Assembly (NCBI GenBank): GCA_963699755.1
Contig: CAVOVB010000001.1
Coordinates: 1,152,001-1,216,000, forward strand
Origin: an uncultured delta proteobacterium
Lineage (GTDB): Bacteria > Myxococcota_A > Polyangia > Polyangiales > Houyiibacteriaceae
Direction of reading: 5' to 3'
DNA: 64,000 nt
The notes beneath the pieces are model-generated. The model saw nothing but the letters and a program-made list of their open reading frames with translations, had not been told where the DNA came from and did not search any database. This document shows, piece after piece, positions 18,168 to 31,499 of the stretch. A program made the position numbers and the translations under genes. Numbering within the stretch: the stretch's first letter is position 1; the number at the start of each line of letters is the position of its first letter.

Positions 18168-18982
18168 GCAGCTTCACGAGCCTCAGCGCGGTTGCTGACT
18201 GGCGGTCCTGGGCGGTTTTTCGACGAAATGCCTTGGCTTTTCTGCGGAATTGGCGGACCGCCTTGATCCCTCCGGCGATGGAGCCGGTGATCTTCTTTGT
18301 CGCCTTCGGCATTGGCTTCGGTGGCTACATCGAAGATCTGAGCTACCGGGGCACCGCGATCAACTATGCGACGTACGTCGCGCCAGGGCTGCTTGCCTAT
18401 ACGGGCTTTGGGACTCCGTACTACGAAGCGCTCTACTCCGCATACGTCCGCATGTTCTACCAGAAGACCTGGGACGGCATCCTCGCGACGCAAGTCGAGC
18501 TGCCAAGCGTCGTCTGGGGTGAGATCCTCTGGGGCGCGACCCGCGGGATGGTGAACATCTCCATCGTCTCGTTGGTCATCGCGGTTTTCGATTGGATCGG
18601 CGTGGTTGACGTGAAGGTTTCGTTTCTCGTCTTCGTGCCCCTGCTTGGATTCATCGCGGGCTGCGCATTCGCTTCCTTCGCTCTGATCTTCACGGCCATC
18701 GTGCCGGCGATCGATCACATGAACTATCCGGTCTTTCTGATCGGATGGCCCTTGAGCTTGGTCAGCAACACTTTCTTTCCGATCGAGCCCGACAGCGCGG
18801 CCTTGCGGGCGCTGATGCAAGTCAATCCTGTCTATCAGCTCGCCGAGTGCACACGCGGCCTCCTCTTGCTGGGTCACCCCGGTCCGCACCTGCTCGGCTT
18901 GCTCGGATCGACCGCGCTTTTCCTCGTTCCGTGCACCCTTCTTTCGGTGCGATTGACACGCCGTCGAGTCCTTGGGGACTGA
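18164..18982 (+). CDS. ABC-2 exporter permease (NodJ-like)
   Basis: Hydrophobic; RMFYQKTWDGILAT, GEILWGA, TFFPI; overlaps the ATPase stop. Confidence 0.85.
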   Translation: MSSFTSLSAVADWRSWAVFRRNALAFLRNWRTALIPPAMEPVIFFVAFGIGFGGYIEDLSYRGTAINYATYVAPGLLAYTGFGTPYYEALYSAYVRMFYQKTWDGILATQVELPSVVWGEILWGATRGMVNISIVSLVIAVFDWIGVVDVKVSFLVFVPLLGFIAGCAFASFALIFTAIVPAIDHMNYPVFLIGWPLSLVSNTFFPIEPDSAALRALMQVNPVYQLAECTRGLLLLGHPGPHLLGLLGSTALFLVPCTLLSVRLTRRRVLGD

Positions 18983-19025
18983 GCTTCCGAGACCCAGAAT
19001 TTCGTTTGTCAGATCAATGGCTTAG

Positions 19026-21539
<2,514 letters not shown>

Positions 21540-21546
21540 CGGAGAT

Positions 21547-23730
21547 CTAGACCGCGCGGCGCGGTCGAGTCAGTAGCCCCTGCACCGCGTCTGCCACGCG
21601 CGGGATTTCTTCTTCGATGATCTCGAGGATGTTCTTTGCCGAGTCGACGCTGCTCTCGCTCTCTATGCTGCCTAGAAGCTCACCGATGCGCGTTGCCCCT
21701 ATCTGTTTGCTTGCGCCCTTGACCGTGTGGGCGCTCAGGCGGGCGGCTTCCAAGTCTCCTTCGCCCAGTGCGACCCCCATCTCGGCGACGCAATCCCGAA
21801 GTTGGTCGACATAGCCGAGCATGATGTCCTCGATGAAGTCGTCGTCTTCTCCGTCGAGCGAAACGAGCTGGCGAACCATGTCCAGGTCGAGCACGGGAGG
21901 CGGTGGAAGCGTCGACACCGCCTTGCTCGGGCGACTACCCGAAAGGGGCACCCAGCGTTCCAAGGCCTTTGCAAGCATCGAGGTCCGAACCGGCTTGCAC
22001 ACTACATCGTTCATGCCCGCATCGAGGCAGCGAATTCTGTCTTCTCCGGCGACGCTTGCAGTGAGAGCGACGATGGGAAGGTTCTCTTCGTCCCGCAACT
22101 GACGAATGCGCTTGGTGGCCTGGAAGCCATCGATCAGTGGCATGTGGCAGTCCATGAACACGAGGTCGTAGTCGTTGGCCGTCGCCTTCGCCAAGGCCTC
22201 TCGACCATCGCCCGCAAGGTCGACCGCGCAGGAGAGCTTCTTCAAGAGAGCTTCGGTCACCATGCGGCTCGTCGGGTCGTCCTCTGCGACGAGCACCCGC
22301 GCGCCTTCGCGGATGAGCACTTGGCCGCTGCCGTCGGAGTCGAGCACACGCAGGGTGCTTTCGGGACCCAGACCTAGATCGATCTCGGCCCAGAAGCAGG
22401 TTCCTTCGTCGATCGTGCTGCTGACCCCCAGCTCTCCCTCCATTAGGTCGACCAGCTGTTTGCTGATCGCCAAGCCCAAGCCGTTGCCTGCGTTGCTGCG
22501 GCTCAAGACCTTGTGGCTTCGCTGGTAGCGCGTAAAGATTCCTTCGAGCGATTCAGGAGGAATGCCGACTCCGGTATCCCGCACGGAAAGGCGAATCCGT
22601 GCCTTCTCGGAGCGGTGGATGACCTCCGCTCGGATCTGCACGGAACCCGAGTCGGTGAACTTGATCGCGTTGTTGACCAAGTTGAGCAGCACTTGGCGAA
22701 TCCGGCCGCTGTCTCCCATGAAGCGCTCGCTGCTGATTCCCACAGCCTCGGATACCAGTCGAAGGCCCTTGGCATCGGCTCGGGGTTGCATGAGCTCGAC
22801 GACTCCGCCGATGAGTGCGCGGAGGTCGAAGGGCACGCTCACGAGCTCGACTTGGCCCTTCTGAAGTTGCGAGAAGTCGAGGGTCTGGTCGACGATGTCC
22901 ACCATCGCCTCTGCAGACTCTCGGATCGCGGTGATCATCTTCTTCTGTTTTTCGTCGAGCTGGGTATCGAGGAGCAGGGCACTGAGGCCGAGGACGCCGT
23001 TCATCGGAGTGCGGACTTCGTGGCTGACGTTGGCAAGTAGCTCGGTCTTTGCCTGCGACGCCCGTTCCGCGGCGAGGCGAAGCTCTTCGAGTTGAACGAG
23101 AACGCGGCCGCGCGCGGAGTTGAGTCCGACCGCAAGCGCCGAAAAGCCCGCTAGGTAGCCGATGCCACGCGTCCAGTTCACCCCATCGACCCAGAGCGAG
23201 GCAATCCCCCAGCTGAGGTCTCCGACGATCAGGATCGCAAGTAGCCACCAACGATTCTGAGCCATTGCACCGGCGGCGAGTTGAATCAGGATGAAGAGGT
23301 ATATGTCCGAAGCATCGCCGCCCAGAGCATAGGCTAGCGCGACAGTCGCAGTGACGACGAGGAACGCCGAACCACCAATGTGCGGCGCCCAGAGGAGCGG
23401 TAGAGGATGGTGCAGGGCGCGCCAGCCGAACGCGAGCATCGCGATCCCGGCGAGCCCGTAGATCGTCATCAACTTCAGATCGGTTTGATTCGCTCCGGTA
23501 GACCAGTGTCCGAGCGAGAGCCCGAGATAGGCGATCCCGGCGCAAATGAACATCGTCGGCAAGTACTGTTGCGAGACCGAGCTCACCATTCGCCAGCGCT
23601 CTTCGGCGCTCAAGGGTACGCGCGCAGCGAGCGTCTCCGCCGAGCACGCAGACCCCGCCTCCCAGACCTGCTCCCCCTCCGGTTCGACCCCCATGCCATT
23701 CAGTCTACCGGTCCAATCGCCCCGATTCAC
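21547..23730 (-). CDS. Membrane hybrid sensor histidine kinase (HisKA-HATPase-REC-Hpt)
   Basis: Several TMs; SHEVRTPMNG, NLVNNAIKFT, DTGVG, GLGL; receiver FMDCHMP; Hpt AHTVKGAS. Confidence 0.93.
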   Translation of the reverse strand: MNRGDWTGRLNGMGVEPEGEQVWEAGSACSAETLAARVPLSAEERWRMVSSVSQQYLPTMFICAGIAYLGLSLGHWSTGANQTDLKLMTIYGLAGIAMLAFGWRALHHPLPLLWAPHIGGSAFLVVTATVALAYALGGDASDIYLFILIQLAAGAMAQNRWWLLAILIVGDLSWGIASLWVDGVNWTRGIGYLAGFSALAVGLNSARGRVLVQLEELRLAAERASQAKTELLANVSHEVRTPMNGVLGLSALLLDTQLDEKQKKMITAIRESAEAMVDIVDQTLDFSQLQKGQVELVSVPFDLRALIGGVVELMQPRADAKGLRLVSEAVGISSERFMGDSGRIRQVLLNLVNNAIKFTDSGSVQIRAEVIHRSEKARIRLSVRDTGVGIPPESLEGIFTRYQRSHKVLSRSNAGNGLGLAISKQLVDLMEGELGVSSTIDEGTCFWAEIDLGLGPESTLRVLDSDGSGQVLIREGARVLVAEDDPTSRMVTEALLKKLSCAVDLAGDGREALAKATANDYDLVFMDCHMPLIDGFQATKRIRQLRDEENLPIVALTASVAGEDRIRCLDAGMNDVVCKPVRTSMLAKALERWVPLSGSRPSKAVSTLPPPPVLDLDMVRQLVSLDGEDDDFIEDIMLGYVDQLRDCVAEMGVALGEGDLEAARLSAHTVKGASKQIGATRIGELLGSIESESSVDSAKNILEIIEEEIPRVADAVQGLLTRPRRAV

Positions 23731-24554
23731 GGCTTGTCGGAAGGGAGTTTGCGACGTGCCTCACGAATCGTGCGAACGGCCGCTTCGTGTAGCAAGCCAT
23801 TGGAGGCGACCAGCTTTCCGCTCCGAGGGTCGGCCGCTTCGCCTTCGTAGGTCGAAAGTAGGCCACCTGCCTCTTGGACGATCAACGCGCCCGCGCACAT
23901 GTCCCAGGCGTTCAGCCCCTGCTCCCAATAGATATCGTAGGTGCCATCGGCGACTAGACATAGATCGACCGATGCAGCCCCACATCGCCGAATGCCTCTC
24001 GCGCGCTGCAAGAAGAGCGCGAGCTCTGCAATGTTGTTGTCTGCGCTCGACCAGCGGTCGTACGGAAAGCCCGTTGCGCAGACCGCTTCTTCGAGCTCGC
24101 TACGGCTGGAGACCGAGCAGCGTTTTCCATTGCGAAACGAGCCCATGCCTTTTACCGCTTTCCACGTTACCCCCAGTGCAGGCGCATGCACCAAGCCAAC
24201 CAGGCCACTGGAGCCGCAATACAGAGCGATCGACACGCCGAAAAAGAAGTGCCCATGTGCGAAGTTGGTCGTGCCGTCGATCGGGTCGACGTACCAGACG
24301 AGCTCGCCCTCGCCGGTTTCGGCGTCTTCCTCGCCGACGATGCGGTGATGCGGGAACGCCTGCGACAGCTCCTCACGAATCAGGCGCTCGCTCGCGAGGT
24401 CATACTCGGTCAGGAGATCGAAGCGCCCCTTGCGGGCGATCTCGGTATCGGCGCGCCAGCCCCTCATTACGAGCTTGCCCGCTTGTAGCGCCGCGCGCTC
24501 AGCCACCTCCAAGCCGCGCCGACTTTCTCGTTCGATGGTCATGAAGTCCCGCAT
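23727..24554 (-). CDS. suhB: Inositol monophosphatase family protein
   Basis: GEE, WYVDPIDGTTNFAHG, RRCGAASVDL, WDMCAG. Confidence 0.88.
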   Translation of the reverse strand: MRDFMTIERESRRGLEVAERAALQAGKLVMRGWRADTEIARKGRFDLLTEYDLASERLIREELSQAFPHHRIVGEEDAETGEGELVWYVDPIDGTTNFAHGHFFFGVSIALYCGSSGLVGLVHAPALGVTWKAVKGMGSFRNGKRCSVSSRSELEEAVCATGFPYDRWSSADNNIAELALFLQRARGIRRCGAASVDLCLVADGTYDIYWEQGLNAWDMCAGALIVQEAGGLLSTYEGEAADPRSGKLVASNGLLHEAAVRTIREARRKLPSDKP

Positions 24555-24713
24555 TTTCGCGAATTTCGGGATCTACGCCATCGGCATCTGCACGTTTGGG
24601 GGGTGTTCGCTGGCATTTCGGCCCTAAAACCCGTACAAGGCCGTGCGCTGCGAAACACGCGGCCCGGGCGCCGCCCGATGTAGGCAGATGTAGTTATGGC
24701 CCACAAGGACATT

Positions 24714-26399
24714 ATGACGCCAAGCATTCGCAATCCATTTGAAATGGATGACGGAACCCCTCCCTCCGCTGCTCCGGCGACGGGAGGCGGTCCCTACGAT
24801 GAAGCGCTTCGAGAGGGAGAGCTGCTTCGTGCGCGACCGCGTACGGCAGCCGGCCCCGTTCACATCGGAAGGCAACACGCCAAGCGGCGCATGACCGTCT
24901 GGGAGCGCCTAGACGTGCTCCGCGATCCGGGAACGGAGCCGACGATCCTCTACCAGAACTGGGGTCCCAATCTCGACGGAGCGTCCATCGTCACCGCGGT
25001 CGTCCGCATCGATGGTCGCGAGGTCGCGGTCTACGGTCACGACTTCACGGTTCGCGCGGGATCGATGGATGCGACGAACGGCACCAAGCTCGCCAACGTG
25101 ATCCGCCTAGCCGGCCGTCAGGGGATGCCACTGGTTGGCATGAACGACAGCGCGGGGGCCTTCGTGCCCGCAGGGATCGGCGGTCTAGATGGCTATGCCG
25201 AGGCGTTCACCGCACTCCGCAAGATCAGCGGCGTGGTGCCCAGCATCATGTGCATGTTTGGATACAACGCTGGCGGCGGATCATACCTGCCTCGGCAGGG
25301 GAGCTTCATGATTCAGCCCGCCAACACCTTCTTCGGGCTGACCGGCCCCGGCGTCGTGAAGTCGGTGCTTGGCGAAGACGTGACCGCGGATGAGCTCGGC
25401 GGCCCCGGCGTTCACGGTCAAAGCGGTGTCACCGACCTCACGGTTCGCGACGAGGTAGGCGCTTTGCGAACCGCCCGCCGCTTGCTCAGCTATCTGCCAG
25501 GGAATAATCACGAATTCGCGCCATATCAGGAGACATCCGACCCAATCGACCGCCCGACCGGCGAGATCGACACCCTTCTGCGCAAGGCGTTCAACTCGCC
25601 AACCGGCTTCAATACGCCCATCGACGTTAGCATCATCCTGCAGCAGATCTGCGATCACGGCGATTACTTCGAGCTTCAGCCGCAGCGCGCGCGCAATACG
25701 ATCACGGCATTCGGACGCCTCGGCGGGCACGTAGTTGGTTTCGTTTGCAACAACAGCGCGGTCGCGTCGGGCCAAATCGACGTCGACGCGGCGTTCAAGA
25801 ACTCTCGCTTCATCCGCTTCTGCAACCTCTACAACATTCCGGTGATCTTCATGGAGGACACGACCGGCTTCTTGCCGGGTCGCGACCAGGAAAGCCGAGG
25901 CATCGTGCAAGCGGGTCGGGCCATGCTCGATTCGATCATCGATCTCCGGACGCCCCGACTGCTGCTCATCATTCGCAACGCGTTTGGTGGCGCATATGCA
26001 GCGTTCAACTGCTACGCAACCGGTGCGGACCACGTCATGGCGCTTCCGACGACGCGCGTCGCGGTCATGGGTCCGGCCGGTAAGGAGTTCGTCTACAAGA
26101 ATGAAATGCGGGAGATGCGCAATCAAGCCAAGGCGCGCATGCAAAAAGCAATTGCGGCCGGCGCCTCCAAGGAGGATGCCGAGGAAGAGATGGCAGCCTG
26201 GATCAAAGCACAGGATGCTGCATTGAGCGCCCGATACGAGAAGGAGCTCATGAACCCGAAGGAGGCCCTGAGCCTAGGTTCGATCTCCGAAATCGTTCCG
26301 CCAACCGACGTGAGAGCGGCACTCGCAAAGAACCTCGATTTCTATCTCTCCCACTACAGTCCCGGGCCGCTGCAGGCGGTTCAGCGAGAGTTCCACTGA
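24714..26399 (+). CDS. Acyl-CoA carboxylase, carboxyltransferase subunit
   Basis: [42 protein letters not shown] aagga before ATG 24714. Confidence 0.9.
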   Translation: MTPSIRNPFEMDDGTPPSAAPATGGGPYDEALREGELLRARPRTAAGPVHIGRQHAKRRMTVWERLDVLRDPGTEPTILYQNWGPNLDGASIVTAVVRIDGREVAVYGHDFTVRAGSMDATNGTKLANVIRLAGRQGMPLVGMNDSAGAFVPAGIGGLDGYAEAFTALRKISGVVPSIMCMFGYNAGGGSYLPRQGSFMIQPANTFFGLTGPGVVKSVLGEDVTADELGGPGVHGQSGVTDLTVRDEVGALRTARRLLSYLPGNNHEFAPYQETSDPIDRPTGEIDTLLRKAFNSPTGFNTPIDVSIILQQICDHGDYFELQPQRARNTITAFGRLGGHVVGFVCNNSAVASGQIDVDAAFKNSRFIRFCNLYNIPVIFMEDTTGFLPGRDQESRGIVQAGRAMLDSIIDLRTPRLLLIIRNAFGGAYAAFNCYATGADHVMALPTTRVAVMGPAGKEFVYKNEMREMRNQAKARMQKAIAAGASKEDAEEEMAAWIKAQDAALSARYEKELMNPKEALSLGSISEIVPPTDVRAALAKNLDFYLSHYSPGPLQAVQREFH

Positions 26400-29203
26400 T
26401 GCCTTCAGACAGCTACATGCACAACCCGCTCATTCATCGGGACCGCCGCCTCGGACAGTCGGAGTCTGACTGGGTGCGCTCGTTCAGCTGCGAGGACATG
26501 ACCGTCCTCATCGTCTGTCGCGGCCCTATTCGCCAGGAAGCGCTCGACATCTTTGCCGAAATGGGGATGAGCAAGGTCGGAATCCTGCTCTCCGAAAAGG
26601 ACTCGATCGTCTACCCTCGCGCCCTGGCCCCTGAGCTTCGCCGCCTCGATCCTTCCCGCGTTCACTCGGTTTCCGACTACACCGGCGCAAGCAAGGAAGA
26701 GCGCGCCGAGCGCATCCAGCAGATCATCGGGATCGCGAAGGGCAAGGGCTACGATTACGTGTTCGCTGGCTACGGTTTCATGGCCGAGGACGAGCAGTTC
26801 GTTCGCTCGATCGAAGAGGCCGGCCTTCGTTTCATCGGGCCTTGCTCGTATACGGTGCAGGCGGCTGGCTTCAAGGACGAGGCCAAGCGCACCGCGGAGC
26901 GGGTCGATGTCAGCGTGACGCCGGGCATCAACAACGCCACGGCCCGATTGCTTCTGAAGAACTATCCGGACCGCAAAGCGCTCGAAAAGCTCGCCAAGAA
27001 GCACAGGCTCGAAGTCGCGGAGCTCGGCGACGAAGAGGTCGAGCTCGAAACATTGGCGGACGCCATTCTCGGAGCGAGCTATGACGCGCACATCGATCTC
27101 TACACCGTGGATGAGTTGGCGGCACAGATTAAAATCGAGGTCGGGAACATCCTCGAGAAGTACGAGGGCAGCCGGATTCGTCTCAAGGCCATCGGCGGTG
27201 GAGGTGGCAAGGGGCAGCGCATCGTCGACAGTGCGGACCAGGCGCCTGGGATGGTTCGTGAGATCTTGGGCGAGGTGAAAGCGCTCGGTGTAGGTGACAA
27301 CAAGAACATCCTGGTCGAGCTGAACATCGAGACGACACGGCACAACGAAATCCAACTGCTCGGAAACGGCGACTGGACCATTTCGCTTGGCGGGCGCGAC
27401 TGTTCGCTGCAGATGCACGAGCAGAAGCTACTCGAGGTCTCGATTACGCAGGAGACGCTTGCCGCTGCAGTCGAGCGTGAGCGCGCTGCGGGCAAGGAAG
27501 CCCAAGCCAGCGCCATCGAGCAAGACTTGAACATCCTTCGCCGGATGGAGGAACAAGCGGAGCGCTTCGGCGAAGCGGTGAAGCTCGACTCCGCGTCGAC
27601 CTTCGAATGCATCGTCGATGGGCCGCGCCACTACTTCATGGAAGTAAACACGCGAATCCAGGTCGAGCATCGGGTGTCCGAGCTCTGCTACGCACTGCGA
27701 TTCACCCATCCAGAGGACCCCGAGGACAGCTTCGAGGTGCACTCGCTCGTCGAGGCGATGGCTCTGCTCGCAAAGCACAAGGCGAGGCTGCCGCGGCCAC
27801 GGCGTGTTCAACGCGATGCGGCTGCGGTGGAGGCTCGCCTCAACGCGACCGATCAGTCGCTCTCTCCCCATGCGGGTGGCGAGATCATGAGTTGGTCGGA
27901 TCCGATCGAAGGCGAGGTTCGCGACGACCAGGGCATCTGCTTCAAGAACCCCGATACCAATCTCTTCATGCGCTACAAGCTGGCCGGTGCGTACGACAGC
28001 AACATCGCGCTTCTGGTCACGACCGGCGACGATCGCCGAGACAGCTACGAGCACCTACGAGAGGTGCTTCGCTGCACGGTGCTTCGGGGCCCGGACCTTC
28101 AGACGAACCTGCAGTTCCACTACGGGCTGGTACACTGGTTCCTCGCGAACGGCGTCGACGCCAAGCCAACCACCCGCTTTGTCGTGCCCTACCTCACGCT
28201 GATCGGCGAGCTGCTGAACGAGGCTAACGAAATCGATGCGGACTACGCCTACCAGCGACTCTGCCAGCAGTATCTGAAGACCGTTTCGGGGGATCCCGCC
28301 GCCGCAAAAGCAACCAACGACCTCTGCATCCTGAAGAAGACGATTCTCGGGCGTCCGCTCGGTCGGATTCTGAGGCAACCGCACCTGCTTTCGGCCTGGC
28401 TCAGCTCGAACAAGAACAACTTCGAAATGGAGAAGGGCCGCGTCATCTGGCTGCGCAACCCGCTCCTGGTGCTCGCCGACACGTACTACCTTCTCCACAT
28501 GGACGCGGCTGTGAATCTGCCGGCGGCACACCGGATTTGGGAGCAGGACCAGGAAGTGCTTCGCGATGGGGCCGCGTTCTACGCGACCGCGCAGGAGCGC
28601 CTGGGCGACCTCAGTTGGCCCGAGCTTGACCGGACCCTGAAGTCCGAGAAGACCCCGAAGGGTTTCGACGCTGCCCAGTGGAGGCGGGTCCGCGAAGCGC
28701 ACCTGGGCTTTCAGCTGGGCATGGAGCTCTACAGCTTGCTTCCCCTGATCGGTCACAAAGTCGGCTTCTTCGAGCTCAAAGTCAACGAGGACCTCACGAT
28801 CAGCATTCCCGAGCGGCTTTTCGATCGCGACCATCAGGCAAGGATGAAGAAGGTGCTCGTCCCACCACCAGTCAACAAGGCCGACGAGATCGTCGCCATG
28901 AGCGGCGGCATGTACTACGCGCAAGAGGCGCCAGGGATGCCCCATTTCATCGAAGAGGGGCAACACTTCGAGACAGGCGACCCGCTATACATCGTCGAAG
29001 TCATGAAGATGTTCAACAAGGTCTACGCTCCGTTTTCGGGCACCGTTGACAAGATTCTCGTCAACACGAATGGGACCATCGTCTCGAAGGGTCAGCCTCT
29101 GTTCAAGGTTACGCCCGACGAACAGTTCGTCGAAGAAGACCCCGCAAAGACGAAGGCCCGCATCGAGTCGAACACCGAGCAGTATCTCGCGGTCGTCGCC
29201 TAG
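26399..29203 (+). CDS. Biotin carboxylase-BCCP fusion (acyl-CoA carboxylase alpha subunit)
   Basis: GYGFMAE, GGGGKG, RDCSLQ, EVNTRIQVEH, YDS; biotinylation motif EVMKM near C-terminus; TGATG coupling to the upstream gene. Confidence 0.9.
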   Translation: MPSDSYMHNPLIHRDRRLGQSESDWVRSFSCEDMTVLIVCRGPIRQEALDIFAEMGMSKVGILLSEKDSIVYPRALAPELRRLDPSRVHSVSDYTGASKEERAERIQQIIGIAKGKGYDYVFAGYGFMAEDEQFVRSIEEAGLRFIGPCSYTVQAAGFKDEAKRTAERVDVSVTPGINNATARLLLKNYPDRKALEKLAKKHRLEVAELGDEEVELETLADAILGASYDAHIDLYTVDELAAQIKIEVGNILEKYEGSRIRLKAIGGGGGKGQRIVDSADQAPGMVREILGEVKALGVGDNKNILVELNIETTRHNEIQLLGNGDWTISLGGRDCSLQMHEQKLLEVSITQETLAAAVERERAAGKEAQASAIEQDLNILRRMEEQAERFGEAVKLDSASTFECIVDGPRHYFMEVNTRIQVEHRVSELCYALRFTHPEDPEDSFEVHSLVEAMALLAKHKARLPRPRRVQRDAAAVEARLNATDQSLSPHAGGEIMSWSDPIEGEVRDDQGICFKNPDTNLFMRYKLAGAYDSNIALLVTTGDDRRDSYEHLREVLRCTVLRGPDLQTNLQFHYGLVHWFLANGVDAKPTTRFVVPYLTLIGELLNEANEIDADYAYQRLCQQYLKTVSGDPAAAKATNDLCILKKTILGRPLGRILRQPHLLSAWLSSNKNNFEMEKGRVIWLRNPLLVLADTYYLLHMDAAVNLPAAHRIWEQDQEVLRDGAAFYATAQERLGDLSWPELDRTLKSEKTPKGFDAAQWRRVREAHLGFQLGMELYSLLPLIGHKVGFFELKVNEDLTISIPERLFDRDHQARMKKVLVPPPVNKADEIVAMSGGMYYAQEAPGMPHFIEEGQHFETGDPLYIVEVMKMFNKVYAPFSGTVDKILVNTNGTIVSKGQPLFKVTPDEQFVEEDPAKTKARIESNTEQYLAVVA

Positions 29204-29212
29204 ACCCCTCGC

Positions 29213-30190
29213 TCAGAGTCGGTCGTCCCGGGCTGTCGCCACGACCACGCGGTTCCGACCCGCGGCTTTTGCCCGAAAAAGAGCTCGGTCTGCGGTGGTC
29301 ATCAGGCGCTCCTTGAGGTCGCGCGCTGGTTGGCCATTGAGATGGCGCAAGCCGTTGAGCAACGCAACTCCGACCGAAACCGTGATCGTTGGCAGCGTTC
29401 CTGCCGGGCGCATCGGCCCTGCGGTGTTCGCGGCGACGTGGCTCCGCAAGTGATTCGCCAGCGCGCATGCGCTCTCTTTCGAGGTGCGCTTCTGGACGAC
29501 GATGAATTCGTCGCCGCCGAAACGGAACACCTCGCCGACACCGGCTGCGGCTTCGTGGAGCGCCCTGCCTGTGCGCTTCAGAGCTTCGCTTCCGGCCGCA
29601 TGTCCGAGCTTACTGTTTACCCGCTTCAGATGGTCGACGTCCACGAACATGACTGCGAGATCGCGTTCGCCTCTACGCGCTGAGCTCACGGCCCTGGTCA
29701 GCTCACTGTCGAGCTTCCGAACGTTTTGCAGGCCGGTCAGCGGATCGTGTGCGGCCAGACCCTCTTGCCTTCGGAGCGATGAGGTTTGAATCAATGATGT
29801 CGTGATATAGGTCGCAAGCCCTTCGATCACCTGAAGATCACGGCGCGTGAAGCGGGCGGGCGAGTTCGGATTGACCAGCTGCAGGACTCCGATCGGCCGG
29901 TTCCCATCGCGAAGGGGAGCGAACAAGGCCACGCGGGTTTGCTGTGACGAGCGCTCCGAGAACTGCGGGTCCGACGCAAGTGATGATGCAACGAAAGGCG
30001 TTCGCCTCCCGAGTGCGCGCTTGGCCAAGCTTGGATGACCCGCGGTCCCGCGTTCGAGCAGCAGCTTCCCTTCCGGACCGCAGCTGGCGACGCAACGAAG
30101 CGACTCCACCGTCTGTCCGACGTAGAGCGCACCAGCGGTTGCTCGAACGGCACGCGCGGCTGCCACGAGCCCTTCTTCGAGGACACGCAT
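29213..30190 (-). CDS. GAF-GGDEF diguanylate cyclase (start uncertain)
   Basis: GAF APLRDGNRPIGVLQLVN; DPLTGL, DVDHLKRVN, RFGGDEF, ADRALFRAK. Confidence 0.85.
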   Translation of the reverse strand: MRVLEEGLVAAARAVRATAGALYVGQTVESLRCVASCGPEGKLLLERGTAGHPSLAKRALGRRTPFVASSLASDPQFSERSSQQTRVALFAPLRDGNRPIGVLQLVNPNSPARFTRRDLQVIEGLATYITTSLIQTSSLRRQEGLAAHDPLTGLQNVRKLDSELTRAVSSARRGERDLAVMFVDVDHLKRVNSKLGHAAGSEALKRTGRALHEAAAGVGEVFRFGGDEFIVVQKRTSKESACALANHLRSHVAANTAGPMRPAGTLPTITVSVGVALLNGLRHLNGQPARDLKERLMTTADRALFRAKAAGRNRVVVATARDDRL

Positions 30191-30530
30191 GGCCGGCCGC
30201 GCCCGGGAGCTCGATGCCCCGAGAACGGATTCCTCGAGCTTTGCCCCCCTCAAGATGTGAACCCGCACGATCAAATCGTAGGCAGTTCGGGCACGATAAG
30301 CCAACGGAGTGCTCCATTGTGCGGGTTTGTAGGTACGCGCTCGGGATGATCTCATGGACGCTCCGCGACGCCTGGCTCTGCCGGGCCTCGATGGCGAGTG
30401 GGCGCGGAATCCCCAAGTTTTGCTTGCGATCACGGCCTTCGGGCCCGAGGTTCAGCGAGACTGGGGTTTCCGCAACTTCTTCTGGTGGCGGGCCCCTGTG
30501 GGTACACTAGAAGCTCCACTGGGGGTGCCA

Positions 30531-31499
30531 TTGGCGAAAAAGGACGACCTTCTTCGACAGTATCGAAAGATGATGGTGATCCGGCGCTTCGAAGAGGAAG
30601 CGGCCCGCAACTACGCCAAGGGCAAGATTGGCGGCTTCCTTCACCTCTACATCGGGCAAGAGGCAATAGCGGTCGCCGCCGCTGAAGTACTGGAAGAGCG
30701 CGACTACATCTTCCAGACCTATCGCGACCATGGCATCGCGCTGGCTCGGGGAATGTCCCCGAATGCGGGCATGGCCGAGCTCTTTGGTAGAGACACCGGC
30801 TGCTCGCGAGGCCTCGGCGGTTCGATGCACTTCTTCGATGTCAAGCGAGGTTTTCTCGGCGGTTGGGCGATCGTTGGAGGTCACCTCGCGCTGGCGGCAG
30901 GGACCGCGTTCAAGTCGAAGTACACAGGAGAGGATCAGGTCACCATCTGTTTTTTCGGTGATGGCTCGACGAACATAGGCGGCTTTCACGAGGCCATGAG
31001 CCTCGCAGGCCTTTGGAAGCTCCCCGTCGTCTTCGTTTGCGAGAACAATCAGTACGCGATGGGTACGCCCCTCGAGCGAACCAGCCCAATCAAAGATCTA
31101 TCGATCAAAGCCAAGGGCTACGGCATGGTCGGCGATCGCTTCGACGGCCACGATGTCGAAATCGTTGAAGAGCGAATCGCCGAAGCCGTCGACCGCGCAA
31201 GGACCGGCGGCGGACCGACCTTCATCGAGGTTCTGACCTACCGCTTCCGAGGTCACTCGATGAGCGATCCTGCGAAGTACCGCACCAGGACCGAGCTCGA
31301 GCAACGCAAGCAGCAGGACCCGATCACCGTCGTTCGCGACAGACTCATGGGACTCGGGGTCGAGGAGAGCACGCTCGACGACATCGACCTCGGAGTCGAT
31401 GAAGAGATCGACGCGGCGGTGCGATTCGCAGATGAATCGGAGCCGGCGCGCGAAGACATGATGATGAGCACCGTGCTGGCGCCGGAGGCTGAGTCGTGA
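30531..31499 (+). CDS. pdhA: Pyruvate dehydrogenase E1 alpha subunit (start approximate)
   Basis: GFLHLYIGQEA, GGSMH, GDG...ENNQY TPP motif, YRFRGHSMSDP. Confidence 0.95.
   Translation: MAKKDDLLRQYRKMMVIRRFEEEAARNYAKGKIGGFLHLYIGQEAIAVAAAEVLEERDYIFQTYRDHGIALARGMSPNAGMAELFGRDTGCSRGLGGSMHFFDVKRGFLGGWAIVGGHLALAAGTAFKSKYTGEDQVTICFFGDGSTNIGGFHEAMSLAGLWKLPVVFVCENNQYAMGTPLERTSPIKDLSIKAKGYGMVGDRFDGHDVEIVEERIAEAVDRARTGGGPTFIEVLTYRFRGHSMSDPAKYRTRTELEQRKQQDPITVVRDRLMGLGVEESTLDDIDLGVDEEIDAAVRFADESEPAREDMMMSTVLAPEAES

Noticed and set aside
17244..18982. Nod-factor export / symbiosis genes
   Set aside because: No nodABC; NodIJ-like exporters are widespread outside rhizobia
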